Assembly (NCBI GenBank): GCA_034670305.1
Contig: JAXMNT010000035.1
Coordinates: forward strand, 1-64,000
DNA from: Deltaproteobacteria bacterium
GTDB lineage: Bacteria > Myxococcota_A > Polyangia > Polyangiales > Houyiibacteriaceae
Direction of reading: 5' to 3'
DNA: 64,000 nt
Of the stretch, positions 1 through 8,080 are shown one piece after another. The notes beneath the pieces were generated by a model. It was not told the DNA's origin, ran no database searches, and saw only the letters and a list, made by a program, of their open reading frames with translations. How positions within the stretch are numbered: the stretch's first letter is position 1; each line of letters opens with the position of its first letter. The translations under genes were made by a program, and so were the position numbers.

Positions 1-1
1 A

Positions 2-44
2 GCAGGCTGCTGAAGAACGCCCGCAGGGCGTTCTCGCAGCCTGC
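2..44. repeat. Inverted repeat/hairpin with GCA triloop
   Basis: gcaggctgc(2-10)/gcagcctgc(36-44) and agaacgccc(14-22)/gggcgttct(26-34) enclose the loop GCA. Confidence 0.8.
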
Positions 45-77
45 CCCTTGCCCCTGCCCTTGCCTTTGCCCTTGCCC
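44..77 (-). repeat. (GGGCAR)n hexamer array, G-quadruplex-like
   Basis: ccccttgcccctgcccttgcctttgcccttgccc; 32/34 identical to 55174-55207. Confidence 0.85.
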
Positions 78-199
78 GCGGATCAGCGGTCAGATCGCTT
101 GATCAGCGCGACGAGCATCGCGACGACTGCTCAAGACCGCCAGAGCCCAAACGGGCCCTTGCCCGACGACCGTAGTTCTCAGCCGTTCCCAGTGCATCG

Positions 200-1381
200 C
201 TACTCGCTGCCCAGCGCGGCTTGGCAGGCGGCGCGGCTGCGGTACCAGTGGCCGGCGTCGTTGGGGTGGTAGGCGTGGACGTTCTGCGCGTCGATGTAGG
301 TGATGCGGTCGTCGGTGACATCGACGATCGACATCGGCGACACACACCCCATGGCACCCATCTCCCCCGGCATGCCCGAACCGGGGGGCGGCCTCCGGAT
401 CCAGCGGTACTCGTACCCCGGTGCGTACGCGGTCATCTGCGGCGGCTGCCCATCGAAGCTGTAGATGGTCTTCACCTCGCGCACGCCCCCGTCGGTCTCC
501 TCGCGCACCGAATGCGACAGGCGCATGCCGTCCGCGTTCGACTGCACCCGCCAGCGCTGACACTCGTTCACCCGCTGCGATTCGCCGTCGTCGGAGTTCG
601 TGAACCGGTGTCGGATCCAGTAGACCGAGCGCGGGAACCGGCGGAGCGTGTACGGACGCGCCAAGACGAACCCGTCGGGAACCTCGATCTCGGGTGGTGT
701 CGCGGGCGTGACTCGGGTGTGCGCCCCATCGGTGGTCACGACCACTCCGACGACCGTGCGGCGGGGCCGGGTCACCACCCGCGGTGGACAGTCGCCGGTC
801 CCGCGTTCCGCGACCGCGCCCTCGATCCGCCCGCGCAGCACCAAAAAGCCATCGCGTGAACGCACCTGCACGACGGTGTGGCCGTCGTGTTCTTCGAGCA
901 CTTCGATCGGGTCGCAGAAGAAGTGCGAGAAGCGCGCCTCTCCCCCATGCGCCCCGACCCGCTTGAGATCGAAGGTGTGGCCGGTCGCGACCCGGAGCAC
1001 CGGCGCAGCCGTCACGGGCGGAGGCGACGCGTGCGACGACTCCCGGATCCAGACCCGCAGCCCATGGTTGGTGGCGCCGTGAATCGGCGGCGCCAGTTCC
1101 CTCCAGGTCACGCCATCGACCTCGCGCGTCTCGCGCAACCACCCCGGCGGCGCAGGCGCCAGCAGCGCACCGACGACCTCCCCGCCCGGTTCCAGATGCA
1201 GGTCCGCCGACACCTCGGGCGCGACGGCCACTTCCGCCTCGGTGAGGACGGGTGCGGCGGGTGCGGGTGCCGCGGTCTCCGCCGGCGCGGGTCTCGGCTC
1301 TTGCATCGCCGCACCACACCCCATCCACACCGCGAAACCCGCAACCCACCCGCTCACTCGACATGCTCCCAACGACGTCAT
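200..1381 (-). CDS. Hypothetical exported/lipoprotein
   Basis: 393-aa ORF with hydrophobic N-terminus ending MGC and a Pro/Ala linker; start uncertain. Confidence 0.6.
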   Translation of the reverse strand: MTSLGACRVSGWVAGFAVWMGCGAAMQEPRPAPAETAAPAPAAPVLTEAEVAVAPEVSADLHLEPGGEVVGALLAPAPPGWLRETREVDGVTWRELAPPIHGATNHGLRVWIRESSHASPPPVTAAPVLRVATGHTFDLKRVGAHGGEARFSHFFCDPIEVLEEHDGHTVVQVRSRDGFLVLRGRIEGAVAERGTGDCPPRVVTRPRRTVVGVVVTTDGAHTRVTPATPPEIEVPDGFVLARPYTLRRFPRSVYWIRHRFTNSDDGESQRVNECQRWRVQSNADGMRLSHSVREETDGGVREVKTIYSFDGQPPQMTAYAPGYEYRWIRRPPPGSGMPGEMGAMGCVSPMSIVDVTDDRITYIDAQNVHAYHPNDAGHWYRSRAACQAALGSE

Positions 1382-1643
1382 GTGTGCCCGACCCCACGAC
1401 CACGAGAAAGTTCCGAGGAAGGACGTTCACCCAAAAGCGCCATGCCCTACAACGTCACCGGACGGACCTCGTTGGCGACCCCTACGAACAAGTCGTGCCC
1501 GTCGAGCCACACCGACTCGGTCCGCTCGCGGCTCAAAGCGCCACCGGGATGCGCGGCTGTTCCGCTCGCCCAGTCGAAGACTGGCAGAACCACGAAGCGT
1601 GATGGCGGTTGACGGGGATGGCTTCGTGGTGACTCTTGCGGCC

Positions 1644-2489
1644 ATGTCTCTCAAGGGAATCGCACTTCAGGTTCTGAAGATCCTCGAGGAGGGGCGCTAC
1701 GAAGCTCCGTCCGGCGCGACGATCGACTTCGCCGAAGCGTTCGAAGCGGCGGAGCAGGACACCGAGCTGTTCACGCCAGAGCATTTGCAGACGCTCCGCC
1801 AGACCGGCGCGTGGCCCTCGGACCTTTCGGGCCACATCGAGGTCACCGGGGAGACGACCCAGGTCGCGGCGCATCGGCTCGTCCACGCCCATCCGGACGA
1901 AGACGTCGCGGTGCTCAACTTCGCTTCGGCGAAGAACCCCGGCGGCGGGTTCCTCGGTGGCGCGCGGGCGCAGGAAGAAGACGTGTGCCGCTGCAGCGCG
2001 CTCTACCCCTGCCTGCTGACCCAGCCCACCTACTACGACATCAACCGCGCCTGCAGTGGCCCGCACCGCGCGCTCTACACCGACCACCTGATCTACACGC
2101 CCGCGGTGCCTTTCTTCAAAACGGCCGGCCGCGGCGAACTGCTCGAGCAGCCGTTCCTCGCCAGCGTGCTGACCGCGCCGGCGCCGAACTCGGGCGCCGT
2201 CTACAAACATGCGGACGACGAAGACGCAGCACGCGCCGCGCTGACGAAAACCTTCGAACGGCGCAGCGCGTACGTGCTCGCGGCCCTCGCCGCCCGCGGG
2301 CACCACACCATCGTGCTGGGCGCGTGGGGATGCGGCGCGTTCCGCGGCGACCCCACCCTCGTCGCCACGATCTTCCGGGATTTTCTCCGCACCGAGTTCG
2401 AAGGCGCGTTCGAACGGATCGTCTTTCCGGTGTTCGATCCGCGAAAAGGGGAGCCAAACCGCGTGGCGTTCGACACCATCCTCGGGTGA
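1644..2489 (+). CDS. TIGR02452-family bacterial PARG-like macrodomain protein
   Basis: NFASAKNPGGGFLGGARAQEE (GGG-x-QEE PARG loop) and VLGAWGCGAF motifs. Confidence 0.9.
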   Translation: MSLKGIALQVLKILEEGRYEAPSGATIDFAEAFEAAEQDTELFTPEHLQTLRQTGAWPSDLSGHIEVTGETTQVAAHRLVHAHPDEDVAVLNFASAKNPGGGFLGGARAQEEDVCRCSALYPCLLTQPTYYDINRACSGPHRALYTDHLIYTPAVPFFKTAGRGELLEQPFLASVLTAPAPNSGAVYKHADDEDAARAALTKTFERRSAYVLAALAARGHHTIVLGAWGCGAFRGDPTLVATIFRDFLRTEFEGAFERIVFPVFDPRKGEPNRVAFDTILG

Positions 2490-2534
2490 GCGCAGCGCCG
2501 CAAACATTTCGCCCGGCCCGGTGTCCGTAGTTCG

Positions 2535-5150
2535 GTGAGCTGCCAGCACAGAACGCGTGAGACCATCTGGCTCTGCTGCGTGGTCGCGTGTGCCACCCCG
2601 GCCGCGCCTCCGGCACGCACCCCGCCGCCGGTCGTCGTGCGCGCGCCGGCACCGGACTGGCAGCCCGAGTTCATGCCCGCGGGCCACACCCTGACCCTCA
2701 CCTCTCCGTGGATGGCGGGTGGCTACCGCATCTACCCGGAGGGGGAGCAACTCCGTGCGGAACACATCTCACCGACGCCGAGCCACGTCGAGTGGTGCGG
2801 GGACGGCGAGATCATGGTGGTGGCCAATGCGGTCACCTACCAATCGCCCTCCACGGCGCGGCGGGTCGTGGCCCGCGGCGCAACGCTCGAGCCGCCCGAA
2901 GTCGCTGTGTCGCACGGCCGCCTGGTGTTCATCGACGGGAGCCGGGTGGCGCACGGCCGGTGCGAAGGCCCGTTGACCGATCACCCGGTGCCGCTCTTCG
3001 GGGCTCGAGCGCTCGGGCGCGCGGTGGTGGGCGTCGCCCTCGACGGCCGAACCCACTACTCGCTCGACGCGGGCAGAACCTGGCACGTCGTCGACGTCGA
3101 AGCGGTGGCGCTCGACATCGCACCGACCGAGCAAATCTGGATCGCCGATGCGGACGGACAGCACTACGAGCTCACCGCGAGCGGCGCGATCGCGGGGGAC
3201 GAGCCACCGTTCTTCGGGGAGTCGATCGCTCGAATCCGCGACCTGGCGCAGTCTCCAGACATCACCGGGTTGCCGCGGGGCGGCCTGCAGCCTTCGGACA
3301 TCGGCACGTTCTTTCGCAGCCGACTGGCGCTCGGCCATTCGATGCAGTGGACCCGGAAGTTGGCGGAAGCGCTTCTAGGCATCGACGAGGTGGATCGGGT
3401 CGAGGCCTACGTGGCGTCCCAGCGAGGCGAACCCACCCGCGCCGAGCTGGCGGCGCGCATCCGAGACGCGTGGCCTCACGACGCCATCGATCTCGTAGGC
3501 AGCCAACCGCTCCACAGCCGCACCCACAGCTACGCCTGTTTCGACAACCAGCCGTTCGTTCGCCGCCACGGCCGCTACCTGCGAGACGCGCGCGCCTTCG
3601 GTCGCGAGGGACCCGCCACCCCGTGGACCGCCCTGGCGCTTCCCGAGTTCTGCGACGGCTGCGACACCCGCCCCTGGGGCGACGGTTCGCACGTGGTGTG
3701 CGTCCACGACGCGTACTTGCTCGAGGGCGACCGCGTTCGGCGGCTGCCAGAGCGCAACGAGTACGGCTGGTCGACCCGAGGGGGCGAGTGGATGTTCTCC
3801 GCTGGCGCCTGCCACGAAGGCCCAAGTCTTCAAGGCCACCACCCGGAGGAAGAAGGAGACACGCCGAGGTTCTGCGCGACCAACTTGGATGGACGGGTGC
3901 TCGAGATGCGCTCGCCGGTGAACCTCGACCAGGTGTTCTTCGCGGTGCCGGACGGCCTGGTCGTGGCGTCCGACGACGCGCACCACGGCCTCTTGGAACT
4001 CGACCTCGAACACGCGGTGGGCGACGTGGTCCACGCTCAGTTCAAGAAGTTCGGACAATCCAGTCGTCGTCCCCGCGCACTGCCCGAAGGGCGCATCGGC
4101 CTGCTCCAAGACGACCCCCCGACGATGACGATCTGGGGCGCCGATCGTCCACCGATCCATCGCGACTGGGCGTTCTTCGACGCCGAGCGGGCCGTCCGCA
4201 TGGAGGGCGCCAAGTTCCGATGGTCGAACGACGGCGGCGTCACGTCGGAGCAGCGCGTGGGCTCGGGTTCCAGTGGCGCGATTCAATGCACGAGCCTGGA
4301 CGCGTGCTGGGTCGAGTGGATGTCGGAGCGACCCGACATGCGACGCACATCGCAGGCATGGGGCATCCCGCTGATTCCGAGCCACCTCAGCGACGCGCCC
4401 CGGTGGCGACTCGAGGAGGTCGCGCCGGCGCCGAGGCCTGAGCTGCAATGCAAACCCTTCGACGATCCCGTCGAGAGCTTCGATGGGTTCAGCGTGCAGA
4501 TCGTGCCGGCATCGGCGGAAGAACGAACGTATCCGCCGGGTCCGAGCCGGATCGAATGGGGGCCGGTGGGACGCCCCGCCGACCGGACCGCCGAGCTGCC
4601 GTTCCGGAACCGACTGCTGCGGCTCAACCGCGACGAAGCGTGGATCTTCACCGCCGGCACACTCCGCCTGGTCCGGCCACGGCGGCCCGACGTCGTCACC
4701 AGTCTTCCAGGGGGATCGGAGTGGTCGGCCCGGCGCGCCCGCTGGTCCGGCGACTCCTACGTCATCGACTTCCGAGAGAACGCTGGGATGCGAGGAGAGC
4801 GCATCGAAGTCGGCCGGGAAGGGATCCGGTCGCGCCGGCCCATGCTCAGCGCCGTGCTCCAGCACCGTGGCGCGACAAGGGAGACCTGGGCCGCTGCGCC
4901 ACGAACCGACGCGCCCCGACCGCCCGACCGCGTCTGCGATGCGGATGGACCCGGCACCTGGGAGATGCACGCCATGCGCGAGGGCGACTGGCCCGTCGAG
5001 ATCAAGGTCGGCCTCGAGAACGGGACCCGTTGCTTGCGCGCCATCTCGTACCCGCGGTGTCGCATGCGCCCACAGCACGGGAGGCTGGTCGGCGCGTGCG
5101 CCACGCCAGAGAAGATCGAAGGCTACCGTTGCGAACTGGTTCTCCGATGA
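2535..5150 (+). CDS. Hypothetical large lipoprotein (beta-rich, BNR/Asp-box-like SxDxGxT motifs)
   Basis: 871-aa ORF; N-terminal LCCVVAC; YSLDAGRTW and WSNDGGVT motifs. Confidence 0.6.
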   Translation: MSCQHRTRETIWLCCVVACATPAAPPARTPPPVVVRAPAPDWQPEFMPAGHTLTLTSPWMAGGYRIYPEGEQLRAEHISPTPSHVEWCGDGEIMVVANAVTYQSPSTARRVVARGATLEPPEVAVSHGRLVFIDGSRVAHGRCEGPLTDHPVPLFGARALGRAVVGVALDGRTHYSLDAGRTWHVVDVEAVALDIAPTEQIWIADADGQHYELTASGAIAGDEPPFFGESIARIRDLAQSPDITGLPRGGLQPSDIGTFFRSRLALGHSMQWTRKLAEALLGIDEVDRVEAYVASQRGEPTRAELAARIRDAWPHDAIDLVGSQPLHSRTHSYACFDNQPFVRRHGRYLRDARAFGREGPATPWTALALPEFCDGCDTRPWGDGSHVVCVHDAYLLEGDRVRRLPERNEYGWSTRGGEWMFSAGACHEGPSLQGHHPEEEGDTPRFCATNLDGRVLEMRSPVNLDQVFFAVPDGLVVASDDAHHGLLELDLEHAVGDVVHAQFKKFGQSSRRPRALPEGRIGLLQDDPPTMTIWGADRPPIHRDWAFFDAERAVRMEGAKFRWSNDGGVTSEQRVGSGSSGAIQCTSLDACWVEWMSERPDMRRTSQAWGIPLIPSHLSDAPRWRLEEVAPAPRPELQCKPFDDPVESFDGFSVQIVPASAEERTYPPGPSRIEWGPVGRPADRTAELPFRNRLLRLNRDEAWIFTAGTLRLVRPRRPDVVTSLPGGSEWSARRARWSGDSYVIDFRENAGMRGERIEVGREGIRSRRPMLSAVLQHRGATRETWAAAPRTDAPRPPDRVCDADGPGTWEMHAMREGDWPVEIKVGLENGTRCLRAISYPRCRMRPQHGRLVGACATPEKIEGYRCELVLR

Positions 5151-5184
5151 CCCCGCGAGTTCGGCGGGAGACCGTTTGTTGTCC

Positions 5185-5277
5185 GAGGGGCATGGGCGCA
5201 TCCCCCTCCGGCCTGCGGGGCAAAGCCCCTCCGGCCTCCTCCCCAACTTCGCTTCGCGCAAAGTGCTGCGCACTTTG
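5185..5277. repeat. Cluster of short GC-rich hairpins between convergent genes (REP-like/terminator)
   Basis: gagggg..cccctc; ggggc-aaa-gcccc; caaagtgc-tgc-gcactttg (5259-5277). Confidence 0.6.
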
Positions 5278-5310
5278 ACGGTCTTCGGCGCTTGACAGCG
5301 CTCTCGACCC

Positions 5311-6453
5311 TCAGCCGAAGAGCAAGGCGTCGCACATCAGGTTGCCGTGCCGCGTCACCCGATCGCCGGCGATCGAGAACGTGCCCACTTCGCCGTAGGT
5401 GGCGGCGCCGATGAAGGGCGCGCCGCCCACCGCATCGCCGAACATCTCCGCGACCTCGTCCATGCGATCTTCCACCGCACCGACGCAACCACCGCAGTAG
5501 ACCACCACGCCGCCGCGCACGTTCGGCGCCTCGACCCCGCGCAGCGCGCGTTCGACGACTTCCCGCGCGTGGGAGACCAGCGAGCTCCGCGTGCCCATCA
5601 TCTGTTCGATCTGTTCGCCCACCGAGAACTCGGTGAAGAACGAAACCGAGTCGTCGGTGTGCACTTGATGCGGATGCGAGAGCAGGTAGCGTTTGCCCCA
5701 CGCATTGTCTTCGATGAGCCGGCCGATGGGGCTGAGGCTCGTTTCGCTGAGCACCACGCCACCGTTCGCCCGCGCAGACTTGAGCGCGCCCGACATCCAC
5801 TCGTCGAGCACTTCGCCGGCGGGTCGGTCGTCGATCGCGTGGATCGTACGGCCCGCACAACGCGTCACGGTGCCGGTCTTCTTGGTGCCCATGTAGCCGC
5901 TGACGAACCCGCCATGCATCGGGCGCTTGGTCCGCATCGCGATCAGCAGCACGCCCTCGTCGGAGTGGTCTTCTCCGAACCCGTGCGATCGATCCCGATC
6001 GAACACGCACCAGCGCCCATCGAGGTCGTCGTCGGCTGCCGTGCCACCGAAGACCAGCATGCTCGACGCCCAGCCGGCCTGCGCGAGTCCCTCGACGACC
6101 CGCTCTTCGAACCCCGGCGTCGCGTGCACGAGCACGGCGTCCGGACGACCCAGCCGCTCTTCCATCTTGGCCGCCGCGTGGGCGGTGTCGCGCCGGGCCG
6201 CGTGGGCGTTGGTCTCGACGAGCACGTGCGCCACTTCGAGGTCGTCGCCGGGCTCGAACCCGAGACCCCACGCGCCGCGTTTGAACCCCTGGGGCACGAG
6301 CACGCCGTGGTAGCTGGTCGCGCCGAAGAGCGGCACCGCGGCCGGCACATGCTTGCGGACCACAGACAACTCGGCGTCGACCGTGGTGTAGACGAGCATC
6401 GACGTAAGAGAAACGTCGCCCGGAACGGGTTGTGAGAGGTCGAAGACGCGCAC
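5311..6453 (-). CDS. FIST N/C-domain signal transduction protein
   Basis: VFGGTAADD, IDDRPAGEV, YCGGC and GAATYGEVG...HGNLM motifs typical of FIST. Confidence 0.85.
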   Translation of the reverse strand: MRVFDLSQPVPGDVSLTSMLVYTTVDAELSVVRKHVPAAVPLFGATSYHGVLVPQGFKRGAWGLGFEPGDDLEVAHVLVETNAHAARRDTAHAAAKMEERLGRPDAVLVHATPGFEERVVEGLAQAGWASSMLVFGGTAADDDLDGRWCVFDRDRSHGFGEDHSDEGVLLIAMRTKRPMHGGFVSGYMGTKKTGTVTRCAGRTIHAIDDRPAGEVLDEWMSGALKSARANGGVVLSETSLSPIGRLIEDNAWGKRYLLSHPHQVHTDDSVSFFTEFSVGEQIEQMMGTRSSLVSHAREVVERALRGVEAPNVRGGVVVYCGGCVGAVEDRMDEVAEMFGDAVGGAPFIGAATYGEVGTFSIAGDRVTRHGNLMCDALLFG

Positions 6454-6613
6454 GGAAGCTGTCCTTGTGTTGTCATGAACGGATGCTCCGGGCCAGTCCC
6501 CACGCGTTCTCTCCCTTGCCGAACCCGGCCCGGGAAGATGGCAGAACCGATGCTGTGACCTATGCTCGCCTCCCCGCAGTGCACGCTGCGTACACCCTTC
6601 GAATCGTCGATCC

Positions 6614-7252
6614 GTGAGCCGCTTTCAAACCGTTCGGGCCCAAGGCCTCGTGAAACTCTACGGCCGCACCCGTGCGCTCGCGGGCGTGGCCCTGGAGCTG
6701 AACGCAGGCGTGGTGACGATCATCGAAGGCCCCAATGGCTCCGGAAAGAGCACCTTGCTCCAGATCCTTGCCCTGCTCGCCCGCCCGACCGATGGGGTCC
6801 TGACCTATGGGGACCTCGACGGACGCAAGGACGCCAAGGAGGTCCGCCGGCACCTCGGGGTGCTCACCCATGCATCCATGCTCTATCCGGATCTGACCGC
6901 CATGGAGAACCTGCGGTTTCACGCCACGCTCGCTGGGGTGCCGGCCGAGCGGGTCGATGCGCTTCGGGAACGGTTCGGCATCGGCGCCTTCGCCAACCGG
7001 CCGGTGCGCACGTTCTCACGCGGCCAAGTGCAACGGGTCGCGCTCGCGCGTGCGCTCTTGAACGAACCGCAGCTGCTCCTGCTCGACGAACCATCGACCG
7101 GTCTCGACGTGGCCGGCATCAAGCGGCTTCGGGCCGCGATCGAAGTGGAACGGGACCGGGGCGCGATCGTGGCGGTCATCACCCACGACCGAGCCTTCGT
7201 GAAGGGGCTCGACGCCGAACGCATCCAGCTCGAGCGGGGCCGGCGGGTATGA
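6614..7252 (+). CDS. ccmA: Heme ABC exporter ATP-binding protein CcmA
   Basis: Walker A GPNGSGKST, signature FSRGQ, LLLLDEP; overlaps the start of ccmB. Confidence 0.85.
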   Translation: MSRFQTVRAQGLVKLYGRTRALAGVALELNAGVVTIIEGPNGSGKSTLLQILALLARPTDGVLTYGDLDGRKDAKEVRRHLGVLTHASMLYPDLTAMENLRFHATLAGVPAERVDALRERFGIGAFANRPVRTFSRGQVQRVALARALLNEPQLLLLDEPSTGLDVAGIKRLRAAIEVERDRGAIVAVITHDRAFVKGLDAERIQLERGRRV

Positions 7253-7923
7253 ACCTCTGGACCGGCGCGATCGCGATCGCGAAGAAGGACCTGCGCATCG
7301 AGCTGCGCACCAAAGAGATCACGCTGACCACGATGTTCTTCGCGGTGCTGGTGGTGATCCTTTCGTCGCTCTCGTTCTACTTGAACAAACAGCTCGCCGA
7401 GAAGATCGCGCCCGGCGTGCTCTGGGTCTCGCTCGCGTTCGCGGGTCAGGTCTCGGTGCTGCGGAGCTGGGGACGCGAACGCGACAACGACGCGCTTCGC
7501 GGCCTGCTCGCGAGCCCGGTGCCGCGCGCGTCGATCTACTTCGGCAAACTGATGAGCGGCCTAGTGATCCTCTCGCTTGTCTGCTTCGTGCTCGTCCCGC
7601 TGGTCGGACTCTTCTTCCACCTCGAGTTCCGCGACCTGCCGATGCTGACCTTGCTGCTCCTGCTCGGCACGCTGGGGTTCGTGTCCGCCGGCACGCTCTT
7701 CGGCGCACTGACGGTGCGCTCGAGCGCGCGCGAAGTCGTGCTCAGTTTGATCGTCTTTCCGCTCGTCACGCCCGCCCTGCTTGGCGGCGTCGTGGCCACC
7801 CGCGCGCTCATGGGCGGCGCGCCCTTCGAGGAGATCGCGGTCTGGCTCGGGGTGCTCGCCGTCTTCGATTCGATCTTCTTGCTGAGCGGCTGGCTCCTCT
7901 TCGACGCCCTCCTCACGGATTGA
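7249..7923 (+). CDS. ccmB: Heme exporter protein CcmB
   Basis: KKDLRIELRTKE, APGVLW and multiple TM helices; ATGA overlap with ccmA. Confidence 0.9.
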   Translation: MNLWTGAIAIAKKDLRIELRTKEITLTTMFFAVLVVILSSLSFYLNKQLAEKIAPGVLWVSLAFAGQVSVLRSWGRERDNDALRGLLASPVPRASIYFGKLMSGLVILSLVCFVLVPLVGLFFHLEFRDLPMLTLLLLLGTLGFVSAGTLFGALTVRSSAREVVLSLIVFPLVTPALLGGVVATRALMGGAPFEEIAVWLGVLAVFDSIFLLSGWLLFDALLTD

Positions 7924-7935
7924 GGCGCCCGCCTC

Positions 7936-8016
7936 GGCTTCCGCTTCCGCTTCGGCTTCCGCTTCCGCTTCCGCTTCCGCTTCCGCTTCGGCTTCCGCTT
8001 CCGCTTCCGCTTCCGC
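7936..8016. repeat. (GCTTCC/GCTTCG)n hexamer array
   Basis: Tandem hexamers starting ~12 nt after the ccmB stop. Confidence 0.95.
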
Positions 8017-8080
8017 CACCAGGCGTCTTCGCCGAACTCCAACGTGGACAGTTCTGTAGAGAAGGTTAACTAGGAGCCCC

